From: Gammaproteobacteria bacterium | Lineage (GTDB): Bacteria; Pseudomonadota; Gammaproteobacteria; Steroidobacterales; JBFFHS01 | Assembly: GCA_041556855.1 (NCBI GenBank) | Contig: JBFFHS010000006.1 | Location: 819-64,818, forward strand | Length of the DNA: 64,000 bases | Direction: 5' to 3' | In this document: positions 19,310 through 28,250 of the stretch, piece after piece | Layout: every line of letters starts with the position of its first letter | Position numbering within the stretch: position 1 is the first letter of the stretch | Notes under the pieces: generated by a model | What the model was told of the DNA's origin: nothing | The model's database searches: none | The model's input: the letters and a program-made list of their open reading frames with translations, nothing else | Position numbers and translations under genes: made by a program

Positions 19310-20029
19310 ATGAAATATGAGCAGCCGCTGATTCCGGCTACCCTGATCCGCCGCTATCAGCGCTTTCTGGCTGATGTGGCGTCAGCCCAGGGTGAAGCCT
19401 TCACCGTGCACTGTCCCAACACGGGCGCCATGCTGGGCTGTCAGGATCCTGGTTCCCGGGTCTGGCTGCTGCCCGCCACCAATCCGAGCTGCAAGTATCC
19501 CTACAGCTGGGAACTGGTCGAGGCTCTGCCTGACGTGTTGGTGGGCATCAACACGGGGCGCAGCAATCGGCTGGTGGCTGAAGCACTGGACGCCGGGCTG
19601 ATCGCGCCTCTGCGAGGCTATCGTCAGGTGCGCCGGGAGGTGACGGTCAGTCATGCCGGCATGAGGTCCCGGATGGACTTTCTGCTGTCCGGCCATCGCC
19701 GCCGCCCCGACTGTTATCTGGAGGTGAAGAACGTTACCGCTGCCGTGGACGGCGGTACCGCTGTGTTCCCCGACGCCGTCAGCACAAGGGCCAGCAAACA
19801 CCTGGAGGCCTTGATATCGCTCCGGGGGCATGGTTATCGGGCGGCCTTGGTGTTCTGCGTCCAGCGCGCCGACGTGCGCCGGGTGCGTCCGGCCGTCGAG
19901 ATCGATCCGGTTTACGCGCAGACGCTGGCTCGCGCCAAGGAGCAGGGCGTTGAGGTCTATGCCTATGGCGCCCAGGTGACGCCCCGCCGCGTGCAGCTTG
20001 CGGAACGCCTGCGTGTCCTGCGGGACTGA
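19310..20029 (+). CDS. sfsA: Sugar fermentation stimulation protein SfsA
   Basis: LIRRYQRFLADV, HCPNTGAM, YLEVKNVT and ST R ASKHL motifs are typical of SfsA. Confidence 0.9.
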   Translation: MKYEQPLIPATLIRRYQRFLADVASAQGEAFTVHCPNTGAMLGCQDPGSRVWLLPATNPSCKYPYSWELVEALPDVLVGINTGRSNRLVAEALDAGLIAPLRGYRQVRREVTVSHAGMRSRMDFLLSGHRRRPDCYLEVKNVTAAVDGGTAVFPDAVSTRASKHLEALISLRGHGYRAALVFCVQRADVRRVRPAVEIDPVYAQTLARAKEQGVEVYAYGAQVTPRRVQLAERLRVLRD

Positions 20030-20065
20030 CCGCGCCGACGAACCTGTTGTGCTTTAATCGCCCCC

Positions 20066-21295
20066 ATGTACCGACCGCTGGAATGGTTTATCGGCGTGCG
20101 CTATCTGCGCTCAGCTCGGGGCACCCTATATGTGTCCTTTATCAGTATGGCATCCATGCTCGGCATAGCCGTGGGCGTCGCCGCCCTGATTGTTATTCTT
20201 TCGGTGATGAACGGCTTCGAGGCGGAGCTGCGCAACCGGCTGCTGAGCATGACCGCCCATGCGAGCGTCACGGATGCCGGTGCGGAGGCCGATGGTTGGC
20301 GTGTCCGGCAGGGCGAGCTGGAAAAACAGCCGGGGGTGATCGGGAGTGCGCCTTATCTCGAGATCGAAGGGATGCTGGCCAACGGTCAGCGGCTCAATCC
20401 GGCCCGGGTAAGGGGTATCTTACCGGCTCATGAGGGCCGGGTGTCTCAGGTCGCGGACTTCATGCGTGAGGGCAGCCTGGAGGATCTGGTGGCCGGCCAG
20501 CGGCGGGTGATCCTGGGGCAGGTGTTGGCCTTGAACCTGGAGGTGCGGCCCGGTAGCCGAATTAACCTGCTGGTACCCCGCCTGAAAGACGGGCGGATCG
20601 CCCCCAAGCTGACCAGCTTTGTGGTGAGCGGTATTTTCGAGGCGGGGCTGGCGGATCATGACGGGTCGTTGGCTCTGATTCACCTGGATGACGCCCGGGC
20701 ATTATCCGTTGCTCCCGTTGGATTGCGACTGCGCTTGGTCGATCCGCTGGATACCGCCACGCTGGCGGCGAGCATTGCCGAGCAATTCCCAGAGTTGGAC
20801 TACTCCGACTGGACCATTGAGAACCGCAGCTACTTTCGCGCCATCCGCATTGAGAAGACCATGATGACCGTGATTCTGCTGTTGATCGTGGCGGTGGCGG
20901 CCTTCAATATCGTCGCCTCACTGATGATGGTGGTGACAGACAAGAAAACGGACATCGCCATCCTGCGGACATTGGGTCTTGAGCCGCGGCGGGTTGGGCG
21001 CCTGTTTGTCGTCCAGGGCAGTCTAATTGGCATCCTGGGCACCATGCTCGGGCTGTTGCTTGGGCTGGTGCTCACCATGAACTTGGCCGTCATTGTGCCC
21101 TGGTTGGAGCAGACCTTTCAGTTTCAGATTATGCCGGGCGACGTGTATTACGTGACCGAGATTCCGGCGGAGATCCACCTGGGTGACCTAATCGTGATAC
21201 CAAGTCTGGCGCTGCTGGTGAGTGTGCTGGCCACCGTCTACCCCTCCCGTCGCGCCGCGGCGGTCGCCCCGGCGGAGGCGCTGCGCTATGAGTGA
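20066..21295 (+). CDS. lolC: Lipoprotein-releasing ABC transporter permease (LolC/E family)
   Basis: MYRPLEWFIGVRYLRS.., MacB-like periplasmic domain, FtsX C-terminal TM bundle and VTDKKTDIAILRTLG motif. Confidence 0.85.
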   Translation: MYRPLEWFIGVRYLRSARGTLYVSFISMASMLGIAVGVAALIVILSVMNGFEAELRNRLLSMTAHASVTDAGAEADGWRVRQGELEKQPGVIGSAPYLEIEGMLANGQRLNPARVRGILPAHEGRVSQVADFMREGSLEDLVAGQRRVILGQVLALNLEVRPGSRINLLVPRLKDGRIAPKLTSFVVSGIFEAGLADHDGSLALIHLDDARALSVAPVGLRLRLVDPLDTATLAASIAEQFPELDYSDWTIENRSYFRAIRIEKTMMTVILLLIVAVAAFNIVASLMMVVTDKKTDIAILRTLGLEPRRVGRLFVVQGSLIGILGTMLGLLLGLVLTMNLAVIVPWLEQTFQFQIMPGDVYYVTEIPAEIHLGDLIVIPSLALLVSVLATVYPSRRAAAVAPAEALRYE

Positions 21296-21304
21296 CCCCA
21301 CGTA

Positions 21305-22552
21305 ATGATGAGTTTCTATCCTTTGGGGCTTGCGCTGCGTTACCTGGGCGGGCAGCGCGGCAACGGCTTCATTTCCTTCATTTCGCTGGTATCTACCATC
21401 GGGATCGGCCTTGGCGTCGCGGTGCTGATCGTGGTGTTGTCGGTCATGAATGGCTTTGAGGAGGAGCTGAAAACGCGCATTCTCAGCGTCAGCGCCCACG
21501 CGACCGTAACTGGCTACACGCGGAACCTGGATGACTGGCCCACCCTGCGCCAGGTGGCTCTGGAGACGCCCGGGGTGCTGGCCGGGGCGCCCTATATCGA
21601 GGCCCAGGGCCTGCTGGTGGCGGGTGAGCGGCAGGCTGGGGTTGCGTTTCGCGGCATCGATCCGACCCTGGAGAGAGATGTGTCGGGGCTGCACGAGTTG
21701 CTCGAGTCGGGATCCATGGCCGATCTCAAGGCTGGTCAATACGGCATGTTATTGGGCATTAGTCTGGCGGAGCATCTGGGGGTCGGGCCGGGCGACAGCG
21801 TCGTGTTGGTGGTGCCGAAGGGTACGGTCACCCCCGCTGGGCTTGCGCCTCGCATGCGCCGATTTCGCGTGTCGGGCATCTTTCGGGCTGGTATGTACGA
21901 GTTCGACAGAGGCTTGGCCCTGATCGCGCTTGCCGATGCGGGCCGCCTGTTGCGCTCGGGGGATGAGGTGACGGGTCTGCGCCTGTCGGTGGCAGACGTC
22001 TTTGCCGCAGGTAGCGTGGCGCGCGATGTGGCTTTGCGCGCCGGCGGCGGGTTCTATGTCAGTGATTGGACCCGCCGCCACGTCAACTTCTTCCGCTCTA
22101 TCCAACTCACCAAGACCATCATGTTTGTGATCCTGCTGCTGATCATCGGGGTTGCAGCTTTCAACATCATTTCAACCCTGGTGATGGTTGTTCGCGACAA
22201 GCGCGCCGATATCGCTATCCTGCGCACCATGGGCGCCAAACCGAACAGTATCCTGCTGGCATTCGCCATGCAGGGAACCTTGATCGGCGTAGCCGGCACC
22301 CTGCTGGGCGTCGGTTTGGGGGTATTGCTGGCAGTCCAGTTGGGGAGCATCGTTGCCGGACTGGAACGGTTCCTTGCCATCGATCTATTGGCCGCCGACG
22401 TCTACTTCATCAGCGACCTGCCGACCCGCGTAGACCTGGCCGAAGTCGCGCAGATCGCGCTGCTGGCTCTGCTGTTGTCGGTGCTGGCTACGATTTATCC
22501 GGCGCTTCGGGCTGCCCACGTCGATCCGGCCGACGAGTTGCGCCATGAATAG
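21305..22552 (+). CDS. lolE: Lipoprotein-releasing ABC transporter permease (LolE/C family)
   Basis: Paralogue of the previous gene ([34 protein letters not shown]). It immediately precedes lolD. Confidence 0.85.
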   Translation: MMSFYPLGLALRYLGGQRGNGFISFISLVSTIGIGLGVAVLIVVLSVMNGFEEELKTRILSVSAHATVTGYTRNLDDWPTLRQVALETPGVLAGAPYIEAQGLLVAGERQAGVAFRGIDPTLERDVSGLHELLESGSMADLKAGQYGMLLGISLAEHLGVGPGDSVVLVVPKGTVTPAGLAPRMRRFRVSGIFRAGMYEFDRGLALIALADAGRLLRSGDEVTGLRLSVADVFAAGSVARDVALRAGGGFYVSDWTRRHVNFFRSIQLTKTIMFVILLLIIGVAAFNIISTLVMVVRDKRADIAILRTMGAKPNSILLAFAMQGTLIGVAGTLLGVGLGVLLAVQLGSIVAGLERFLAIDLLAADVYFISDLPTRVDLAEVAQIALLALLLSVLATIYPALRAAHVDPADELRHE

Positions 22553-23288
22553 TGTGACGGGGCAGGAGGCGGTCTTGGCGTGCCACGAATTGTGCCGATC
22601 ATTCAGGGAGGCTGGGCACGAGTTGCACGTACTCCGGGATGTGGAGCTCAGCGTCGCCGCCGGCGAACGCATCGCTGTGGTGGGCGCGTCCGGCTCCGGT
22701 AAGACCACACTGCTGCAGCTTTTGGGCGGCCTTGATCGACCGACGGCTGGCGAAGTCTTCGTGACCGGTCAGTCCATGAATAGCCTCAACAATACCGAGC
22801 GGGGTCTGTTGCGCAATCGCGCTATTGGCTTTGTGTATCAATTCCATCATCTGTTGCCCGAGTTCACCGCCGTAGAGAATGTAGCCATGCCGTTGTTGAT
22901 TCGCGGTGCGGATCCCCGAGACGCCGCGTCTGAGGCCCGTGAGCTGCTCACCCGCGTGGGCCTTGGCGAACGATTGAGCCACAAGCCGGCCCAGTTATCT
23001 GGAGGTGAACGGCAGCGGGCTGCGGTCGCCAGGGCCTTGATCACGCGCCCCGCCGTGGTGCTTGCTGATGAGCCCACAGGCAATCTGGACGGACCCACGG
23101 GCGAGCGCGTGTTTCAGCTGATGCTGGATCTGAACCGTCAGTTTGCTACCAGCCTGGTCGTGGTTACCCACGAGCCGAAGCTGGCAGCACGCATGGATCG
23201 CGTGCTGGTTCTCAAGGAGGGTAAGCTGTGGAAGCTGGACCCCAGCGCGCTCAGCGACCCTGTCGGCGCTGTCGGTACTTCAGCGTGA
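22545..23288 (+). CDS. lolD: Lipoprotein-releasing system ATP-binding protein LolD
   Basis: [11 protein letters not shown] (Walker A), [15 protein letters not shown] (signature) and [11 protein letters not shown] (Walker B). Confidence 0.9.
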   Translation: MNSVTGQEAVLACHELCRSFREAGHELHVLRDVELSVAAGERIAVVGASGSGKTTLLQLLGGLDRPTAGEVFVTGQSMNSLNNTERGLLRNRAIGFVYQFHHLLPEFTAVENVAMPLLIRGADPRDAASEARELLTRVGLGERLSHKPAQLSGGERQRAAVARALITRPAVVLADEPTGNLDGPTGERVFQLMLDLNRQFATSLVVVTHEPKLAARMDRVLVLKEGKLWKLDPSALSDPVGAVGTSA

Positions 23289-23763
23289 TCGCGGCGCGCC
23301 AGGCCAGATTGGCGAACAAATAGCCCACCGCCGCGGTTAAGGCCCCGAGCAACAGGCTGCCCGCCCACAGCGGTTGCCAGTAGCGTGTCAGCTCCGCCAT
23401 CAGCCAGCCGAAGGACAGATCGATGGTAAGCGGCTGCGGCTCGATCCCCAGCAGCCCAGCACCCAGCCGATAGGCGGTGACAAAGATGGGCACGATGGTG
23501 ATCGGATTGGTGAGGAAGACCGCCGCCACCGTCACGGGCAGGTTCACTCTGAGCCAGACAGCGGCCAGAGCGGCCAGTACGGTCTGGCCAGGCACCGGCA
23601 GCAGGGCGATGAACAGGCCCAGGGCCAGGGCCTTGGCGATGCCCTTGCGATGTAGCGCCCAAAAGGCGGGGTCGTGAAGAACTGCGGCCAGCGGGCGCAG
23701 ATACCATTCCCCGGACATCTGATGCCGCTGTGGCAGAAGCTTGCGCAAGAGCTTACGAGGCAT
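23251..23763 (-). CDS. DUF2062 membrane protein
   Basis: [61 protein letters not shown] is the typical DUF2062 N-terminus. The 3' end overlaps the lolD 3' end by 38 nt (convergent). Confidence 0.65.
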   Translation of the reverse strand: MPRKLLRKLLPQRHQMSGEWYLRPLAAVLHDPAFWALHRKGIAKALALGLFIALLPVPGQTVLAALAAVWLRVNLPVTVAAVFLTNPITIVPIFVTAYRLGAGLLGIEPQPLTIDLSFGWLMAELTRYWQPLWAGSLLLGALTAAVGYLFANLAWRAAITLKYRQRRQGR

Positions 23764-23999
23764 ACCGGGTATGGTGTCCGGGATGTACTGGGGCTTGAGT
23801 GAGCAGCCTTGCGACGGCTTGCTCGTTGGTCGGCAACATTGCACAAATGGCGTGATCTGACATGGCGTAATTGATGACACAGATCTCAGCAGAAGGCGCG
23901 GGATGGGCGCACACTTTGAGCACTAGGTCGTGTCCCCGCTGCCCGCGCTAAACGGGCGTGGGAAACGAGTTCCGGCCGGGCGCCGGCGGAGGCAGAAGC

Positions 24000-24413
24000 A
24001 TGGATAACCAGCCACTTACGACAATTATGGCGGCGGACCCGGTGACCGTGGATCGGGGCCAGACGGTCAGCGAAGTCCGGTTTTTGCTGGCCAATGAGCG
24101 CATTCATCATTTGCCCGTGATCGAGGAGGGTCGGCTGGTGGGCATGATCAGCAGTAACGACGTGATGAGGGTCAGCTTCTCGTTGGACACGGACGATGCC
24201 GTGAGCCGCACATTGCTGGATCAGACGGTATCCATCGATGATCTGATGGTCGCCGATCTGGTCACGGTGTCGGCCCGCGGCAGCGTTCGGGATGCCGCCA
24301 TCGCGCTGTCCGCCGGTGGCTTCCATGCGGTCCCGGTCGTAGACGATGAGGGTCATCTGGTCGGTATCGTCACGTCCACCGATTTGATCCAGTATCTGCT
24401 GGATCAGCACTGA
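24000..24413 (+). CDS. CBS-domain pair protein
   Basis: Two CBS repeats: IMAADPVTVDRGQTVSEVRFLLANERIHHLPVIEEGRLVGMIS and LVTVSARGSVRDAAIALSAGGFHAVPVVDDEGHLVGIVT. Confidence 0.8.
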   Translation: MDNQPLTTIMAADPVTVDRGQTVSEVRFLLANERIHHLPVIEEGRLVGMISSNDVMRVSFSLDTDDAVSRTLLDQTVSIDDLMVADLVTVSARGSVRDAAIALSAGGFHAVPVVDDEGHLVGIVTSTDLIQYLLDQH

Positions 24414-24438
24414 TCTGCACATTTCGCAAGAGGTTGTG

Positions 24439-24729
24439 ATGTCTGAGGATGCACCGAACAAACCGTCCCAGGAGGAACTCGCCCACGCTTTGAGCGTCGC
24501 AGTGTCCATGCGCGCCCAGGGACAGGATGCGGATTTCCTCGCCCATGCCCTGCTGTACTGCGAGTACCAATTGCGGGTGCTGGGAAAGGTACGCCGCGCC
24601 GCCGAGCGTTATTTGCATTCAGGCCTTGCCGAGCACGAGCACAGCGACCTGGTGCGCGCGTTGGCGGCGGCCCGCAAGGCTGATACGGCCACGAGTCACC
24701 AGGCGCCGGAACGCTTCGGTCTGGAGTGA
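24439..24729 (+). CDS. Hypothetical small helical protein
   Basis: 96-97 aa ORF (GTG 24436 or ATG 24439), 23-26 nt after the CBS gene on the same strand. I recognise no motif. Confidence 0.4.
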   Translation: MSEDAPNKPSQEELAHALSVAVSMRAQGQDADFLAHALLYCEYQLRVLGKVRRAAERYLHSGLAEHEHSDLVRALAAARKADTATSHQAPERFGLE

Positions 24730-24789
24730 GCCCTATCACCTTATTCTCCCGGGACCGTGACCTTATGGGTACCCGGGAGTCGACCTGGC

Positions 24790-27066
24790 ATGCTGAAGCT
24801 CGCAGTGAGTGCCCTGGCGGGTGTCCTGGTTCTGCAGCAGCTCCCGACGCTGCCTCGACCCGGATGGGTGGTCCCGCTGCTGATTCTCACGCTGCCCCTG
24901 CGGTGCCGCTGGGCGCGGCAGTGGCTGCTGCCGGGTCTGGCAGGCTTCGCCTGGGCCTGGTGGGTCGCGGTCCAGGGTCTAGCTGCGCGGTTACCTGATC
25001 ATCTTCACGGGCAGGATGTCAGGCTCACAGGCTATGTCGCCAGCTTCGTCAGCGGCAACGAGGCGCGCCTGAGCTTTACTTTTCAGCTTCATGGTGACTA
25101 CCCGGTCACCGACATGCCCAGGCGCTGGCGCCTCACTTGGTATCGGCCGACCCACCAGTTGGCGCCGGGACAGAACCTTGCCGTTACCGTGCGGGCGCGG
25201 CAGGCGCGTACCCTGGGTAACCCGGTCAGCTTCGACTACCAGGGTTGGCTTCTGCGGGAGGGTCTGTCTGGTACCGGATATGTGCGGGAACTGACGCCTA
25301 TCAGCCGTGCTCAAGCCAGTCTGCCCCAATGGTGGCTGCGGCAGCGGGCAGCACTTTATGGGCGTCTGCAATCCGTCGCAGGGGAGCAAGCCCCGATACT
25401 CGGAGCGCTGGCCGTGGGGGCACGGCATGAGTTCACGAATCACCACTGGGGGGTGCTGCAACGCACTGGCACCAGTCATCTTGTGGCCATCTCCGGGTTA
25501 CACGTGGGCCTCGTCGCACTGGGGAGTTTTGGCCTGCTGCGCGCCGGGCTGCTGCGGGTACCCTGGTTGTCCGTCGGCCTGCGGGCGACCGACCTGGCTG
25601 CCGGAGCGAGTCTTGCAGTGGCCGCTTGCTATTCGGCGCTGGCAGGCTTCGGTATCCCTGCCCAGCGCGCGCTGGTCATGGTGCTGGTTGCAGCGCTGGC
25701 GTTGCTGGCCCGGCGCAGGCCCGAATCTGGCGAGGCTCTGGGCCTTGCCCTTCTAGTCGTGTTACTCCTGGATCCGCGGGCTGTGCTCAGTGCAGGCTTC
25801 TGGCTGTCATTTGGCGCGGTGGCAACGTTGTGGCTTGCTTTCAATGCCCAGCGGCTGGCGGCTCCGACCGATCAGCAGCCGGGCCCTTGGATCGTGACTC
25901 TTGTGCGCACCCAGTGGGTCATCGCATTGGGACTCATGCCCGCGCTGGTGCTGTTTTTCGGCGAGCTGGCGTTGCTGGCACCGCTGATCAATCTGCTTGC
26001 GGTACCCTGGTTCAGCTTCGTGTTGGTGCCGGCCAGCTTGGGTCTGGTTGTGCTGGTAACCCTGCTGCCCGATCTGGCTGGCCTGCCGGGCGCAGGCATG
26101 GACGGTTTACTGGCGGGGACCTGGGCGGTGCTGGCAACGCTGGCCGAAGTGCCGTGGGCCAACGTCGCCGTGCCGTCAAGACCGTGGCCACTGCTGGGCC
26201 TCGCGGTGGCCGGTATCGCCGCGTTCTTGTTGGGTCGAGGGTTCGCGGGGCGGGGCCTGTACCTGCTGCTGCTGGGGCCGCTGGTGACATGGCGAGCGCC
26301 CGCCCTGCAGTTCGGTCAGATGCGCTTGACGGTGCTGGATGTGGGCCAGGGGCTGGCAGCCCTGGTGGAAACCCGTGACCACGTGCTGGTGTACGACGCC
26401 GGTCCTGCCATGGCTGGCGGTTATGACGCGGGTGCCAGCATCGTCGTGCCAACATTGCGGGCTCGTGGCTGGCGCAGGCTTGACGCGCTGGTGATTGGTC
26501 ACGGCGATCAAGACCACAGCGGTGGTGCCGCCGCAGTGCTGGGCGCGTTTCCCGGATCAGCTGTTTGGATCGGTCCAGATGTGGATCTGCCCGGGCAGCG
26601 CTGTCGCTCAGGTCAGGGCTGGGTCTGGGATGGCGTTGCCTTCGCTTTTCTGCATCCGGCCGACACACGATTCCGGGATGATAACGATGGTTCGTGCGTA
26701 TTGCGCGTCGCAAGCGGTGGCCGAGCTGTGCTGCTGACCGGCGATATCGAGCGCGCTGCTGAAGCGACGTTGCTGGCCCGCGGGGTTCCCCTCAGCGCCG
26801 ACGTGGTCGTCGTTCCCCACCACGGCAGTGCCACATCCTCGACAGCGAGCTTCGTGGCTGCGGTTCGGCCAACCTTCGCGGTCGTGCCCGCCGGTTTCCG
26901 CAACCGCTGGGGAATGCCTCGTCGAGAGGTCGTTGAGCGCTGGCAGGCTAGCGGCAGTGAGGTTTTAGTCACTGGTCAGGTGGGCAGCGTCGGCGTGCTG
27001 TTAGGACCAGCTGGAGTCCGCCTTGAGCGCGTGGGACGACGCCGGAGGTATTGGCACGCACTGTAG
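24790..27066 (+). CDS. comEC: DNA internalization-related competence protein ComEC/Rec2
   Basis: The multi-TM competence domain contains GTSHLVAISGLHVG. The C-terminal metallo-beta-lactamase domain contains LTVLDVGQGLAALVE, HGDQDHSGG and VVPHHGS. Confidence 0.9.
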   Translation: MLKLAVSALAGVLVLQQLPTLPRPGWVVPLLILTLPLRCRWARQWLLPGLAGFAWAWWVAVQGLAARLPDHLHGQDVRLTGYVASFVSGNEARLSFTFQLHGDYPVTDMPRRWRLTWYRPTHQLAPGQNLAVTVRARQARTLGNPVSFDYQGWLLREGLSGTGYVRELTPISRAQASLPQWWLRQRAALYGRLQSVAGEQAPILGALAVGARHEFTNHHWGVLQRTGTSHLVAISGLHVGLVALGSFGLLRAGLLRVPWLSVGLRATDLAAGASLAVAACYSALAGFGIPAQRALVMVLVAALALLARRRPESGEALGLALLVVLLLDPRAVLSAGFWLSFGAVATLWLAFNAQRLAAPTDQQPGPWIVTLVRTQWVIALGLMPALVLFFGELALLAPLINLLAVPWFSFVLVPASLGLVVLVTLLPDLAGLPGAGMDGLLAGTWAVLATLAEVPWANVAVPSRPWPLLGLAVAGIAAFLLGRGFAGRGLYLLLLGPLVTWRAPALQFGQMRLTVLDVGQGLAALVETRDHVLVYDAGPAMAGGYDAGASIVVPTLRARGWRRLDALVIGHGDQDHSGGAAAVLGAFPGSAVWIGPDVDLPGQRCRSGQGWVWDGVAFAFLHPADTRFRDDNDGSCVLRVASGGRAVLLTGDIERAAEATLLARGVPLSADVVVVPHHGSATSSTASFVAAVRPTFAVVPAGFRNRWGMPRREVVERWQASGSEVLVTGQVGSVGVLLGPAGVRLERVGRRRRYWHAL

Positions 27067-27140
27067 ATCAAACCTTCTGGTTAAACTTCCAGGGGCGCGC
27101 TATAGTTGCGCCCAACTGTCGGAAGTTACAGCGGTTTTTT

Positions 27141-27797
27141 ATGCTGGAGATCGTTCAAGCGGGCGGCTGGCTGATGCTGCCGATCATCGCCTGCTCGGTG
27201 TGCGCAGCGGCGATCATTCTCGAGCGTCTCTGGAGCCTGCAGCAGAAAAGGGTGATCCCGGCCGACTTGACCCGCCAAGTGTGGGACTGGGTCAAGAAAG
27301 ATCAGCTTAACCCCAAACATATCCACTCTATTCACCAGGGCTCCCCCCTGGGGCAGATCCTTGCGGTCGGGCTGAATAATCGCGATCGCGATCGCGACAC
27401 CATGAAGGAGAGTATCGAGGATACGGGGCGCCACGTGGTCCACGAATTGGAACGCTATTTGAATACTCTGGGCACCATCGCCGCAATTTCGCCTCTGCTT
27501 GGGCTGCTCGGAACGGTGATCGGCATGGTGCAGGTCTTCGCCGCGATCACTACCCACGGCGTAGGTAATCCCGCGGTGCTGGCCGACGGCATCTCCCAGG
27601 CCCTGATAACGACCGCAGCCGGTCTGAGCGTGGCCATCCCGGCGCTGATCGGCTATCGCTATCTGCGTGGCCGCGTCGACGCGCTGGTGGTCGAAATGGA
27701 AAAGGAGGTTTTGCAGTTCATCGAGGCCCTGACCCATCATCGGTACCTGGAAAGCCTGGAACGTGAACCTGCAAACGCGGTCAAGAGAAGAGCCTGA
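27141..27797 (+). CDS. exbB: MotA/TolQ/ExbB family proton-channel protein
   Basis: MLEIVQAGGWLMLPIIACSVCAAAIILERLW, LGTIAAISPLLGLLGTVIGM and ALITTAAGLSVAIPALIGY. Confidence 0.85.
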   Translation: MLEIVQAGGWLMLPIIACSVCAAAIILERLWSLQQKRVIPADLTRQVWDWVKKDQLNPKHIHSIHQGSPLGQILAVGLNNRDRDRDTMKESIEDTGRHVVHELERYLNTLGTIAAISPLLGLLGTVIGMVQVFAAITTHGVGNPAVLADGISQALITTAAGLSVAIPALIGYRYLRGRVDALVVEMEKEVLQFIEALTHHRYLESLEREPANAVKRRA

Positions 27798-28185
27798 AAT
27801 CAACCTGACGTCGCTGATCGACGTCGTGTTGCTGCTGCTGGTCTTTTTCATGGTCTCGACCAGCTTCGTTCGCGAAGCGGAAATCAATCTGCGCTTGCCC
27901 GAGGCCTCGTCTGACGCGTCACCACAGGACGAGTTGGAATCATTGGAAATCGCGGTGACCCAGACGGGTGCCTATCTGGTGAATACTCGACCGCTGGTCA
28001 ACAACGAAGCCGCGACGCTGCGCAAGGCGATCGTTAAGCTGGTTGGCGAGCAGCGGGACATGCCGGTGATTATTCGCGCGGATGCTCAGGCGACCCACCA
28101 GGCCGTGGTTACGGCCATGGACGTCGCTGGGCGGTTGGGCTTTGTTGAGGTCAGTATTGCTACCGTTAGTCCGCCGGACGGCTAG
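27763..28185 (+). CDS. exbD: ExbD/TolR family protein
   Basis: EINLTSLIDVVLLLLVFFMVST is the ExbD TM signature. The start overlaps the exbB end by 35 nt. Confidence 0.85.
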   Translation: MNLQTRSREEPEINLTSLIDVVLLLLVFFMVSTSFVREAEINLRLPEASSDASPQDELESLEIAVTQTGAYLVNTRPLVNNEAATLRKAIVKLVGEQRDMPVIIRADAQATHQAVVTAMDVAGRLGFVEVSIATVSPPDG

Positions 28186-28250
28186 CGGCCCAGCCACCCG
28201 AGCCATGCTGCACTCACCAGCGTGACGAGACGCCGAAACGGGAACGGTTC

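Noticed and set aside
23251-23288. 38-nt convergent overlap of the lolD and DUF2062 3' ends, and the 9-nt rluC/maf overlap at 37398-37406
   Set aside because: Short convergent overlaps are common in compact high-GC genomes. They are not evidence of a special mechanism without transcript data.
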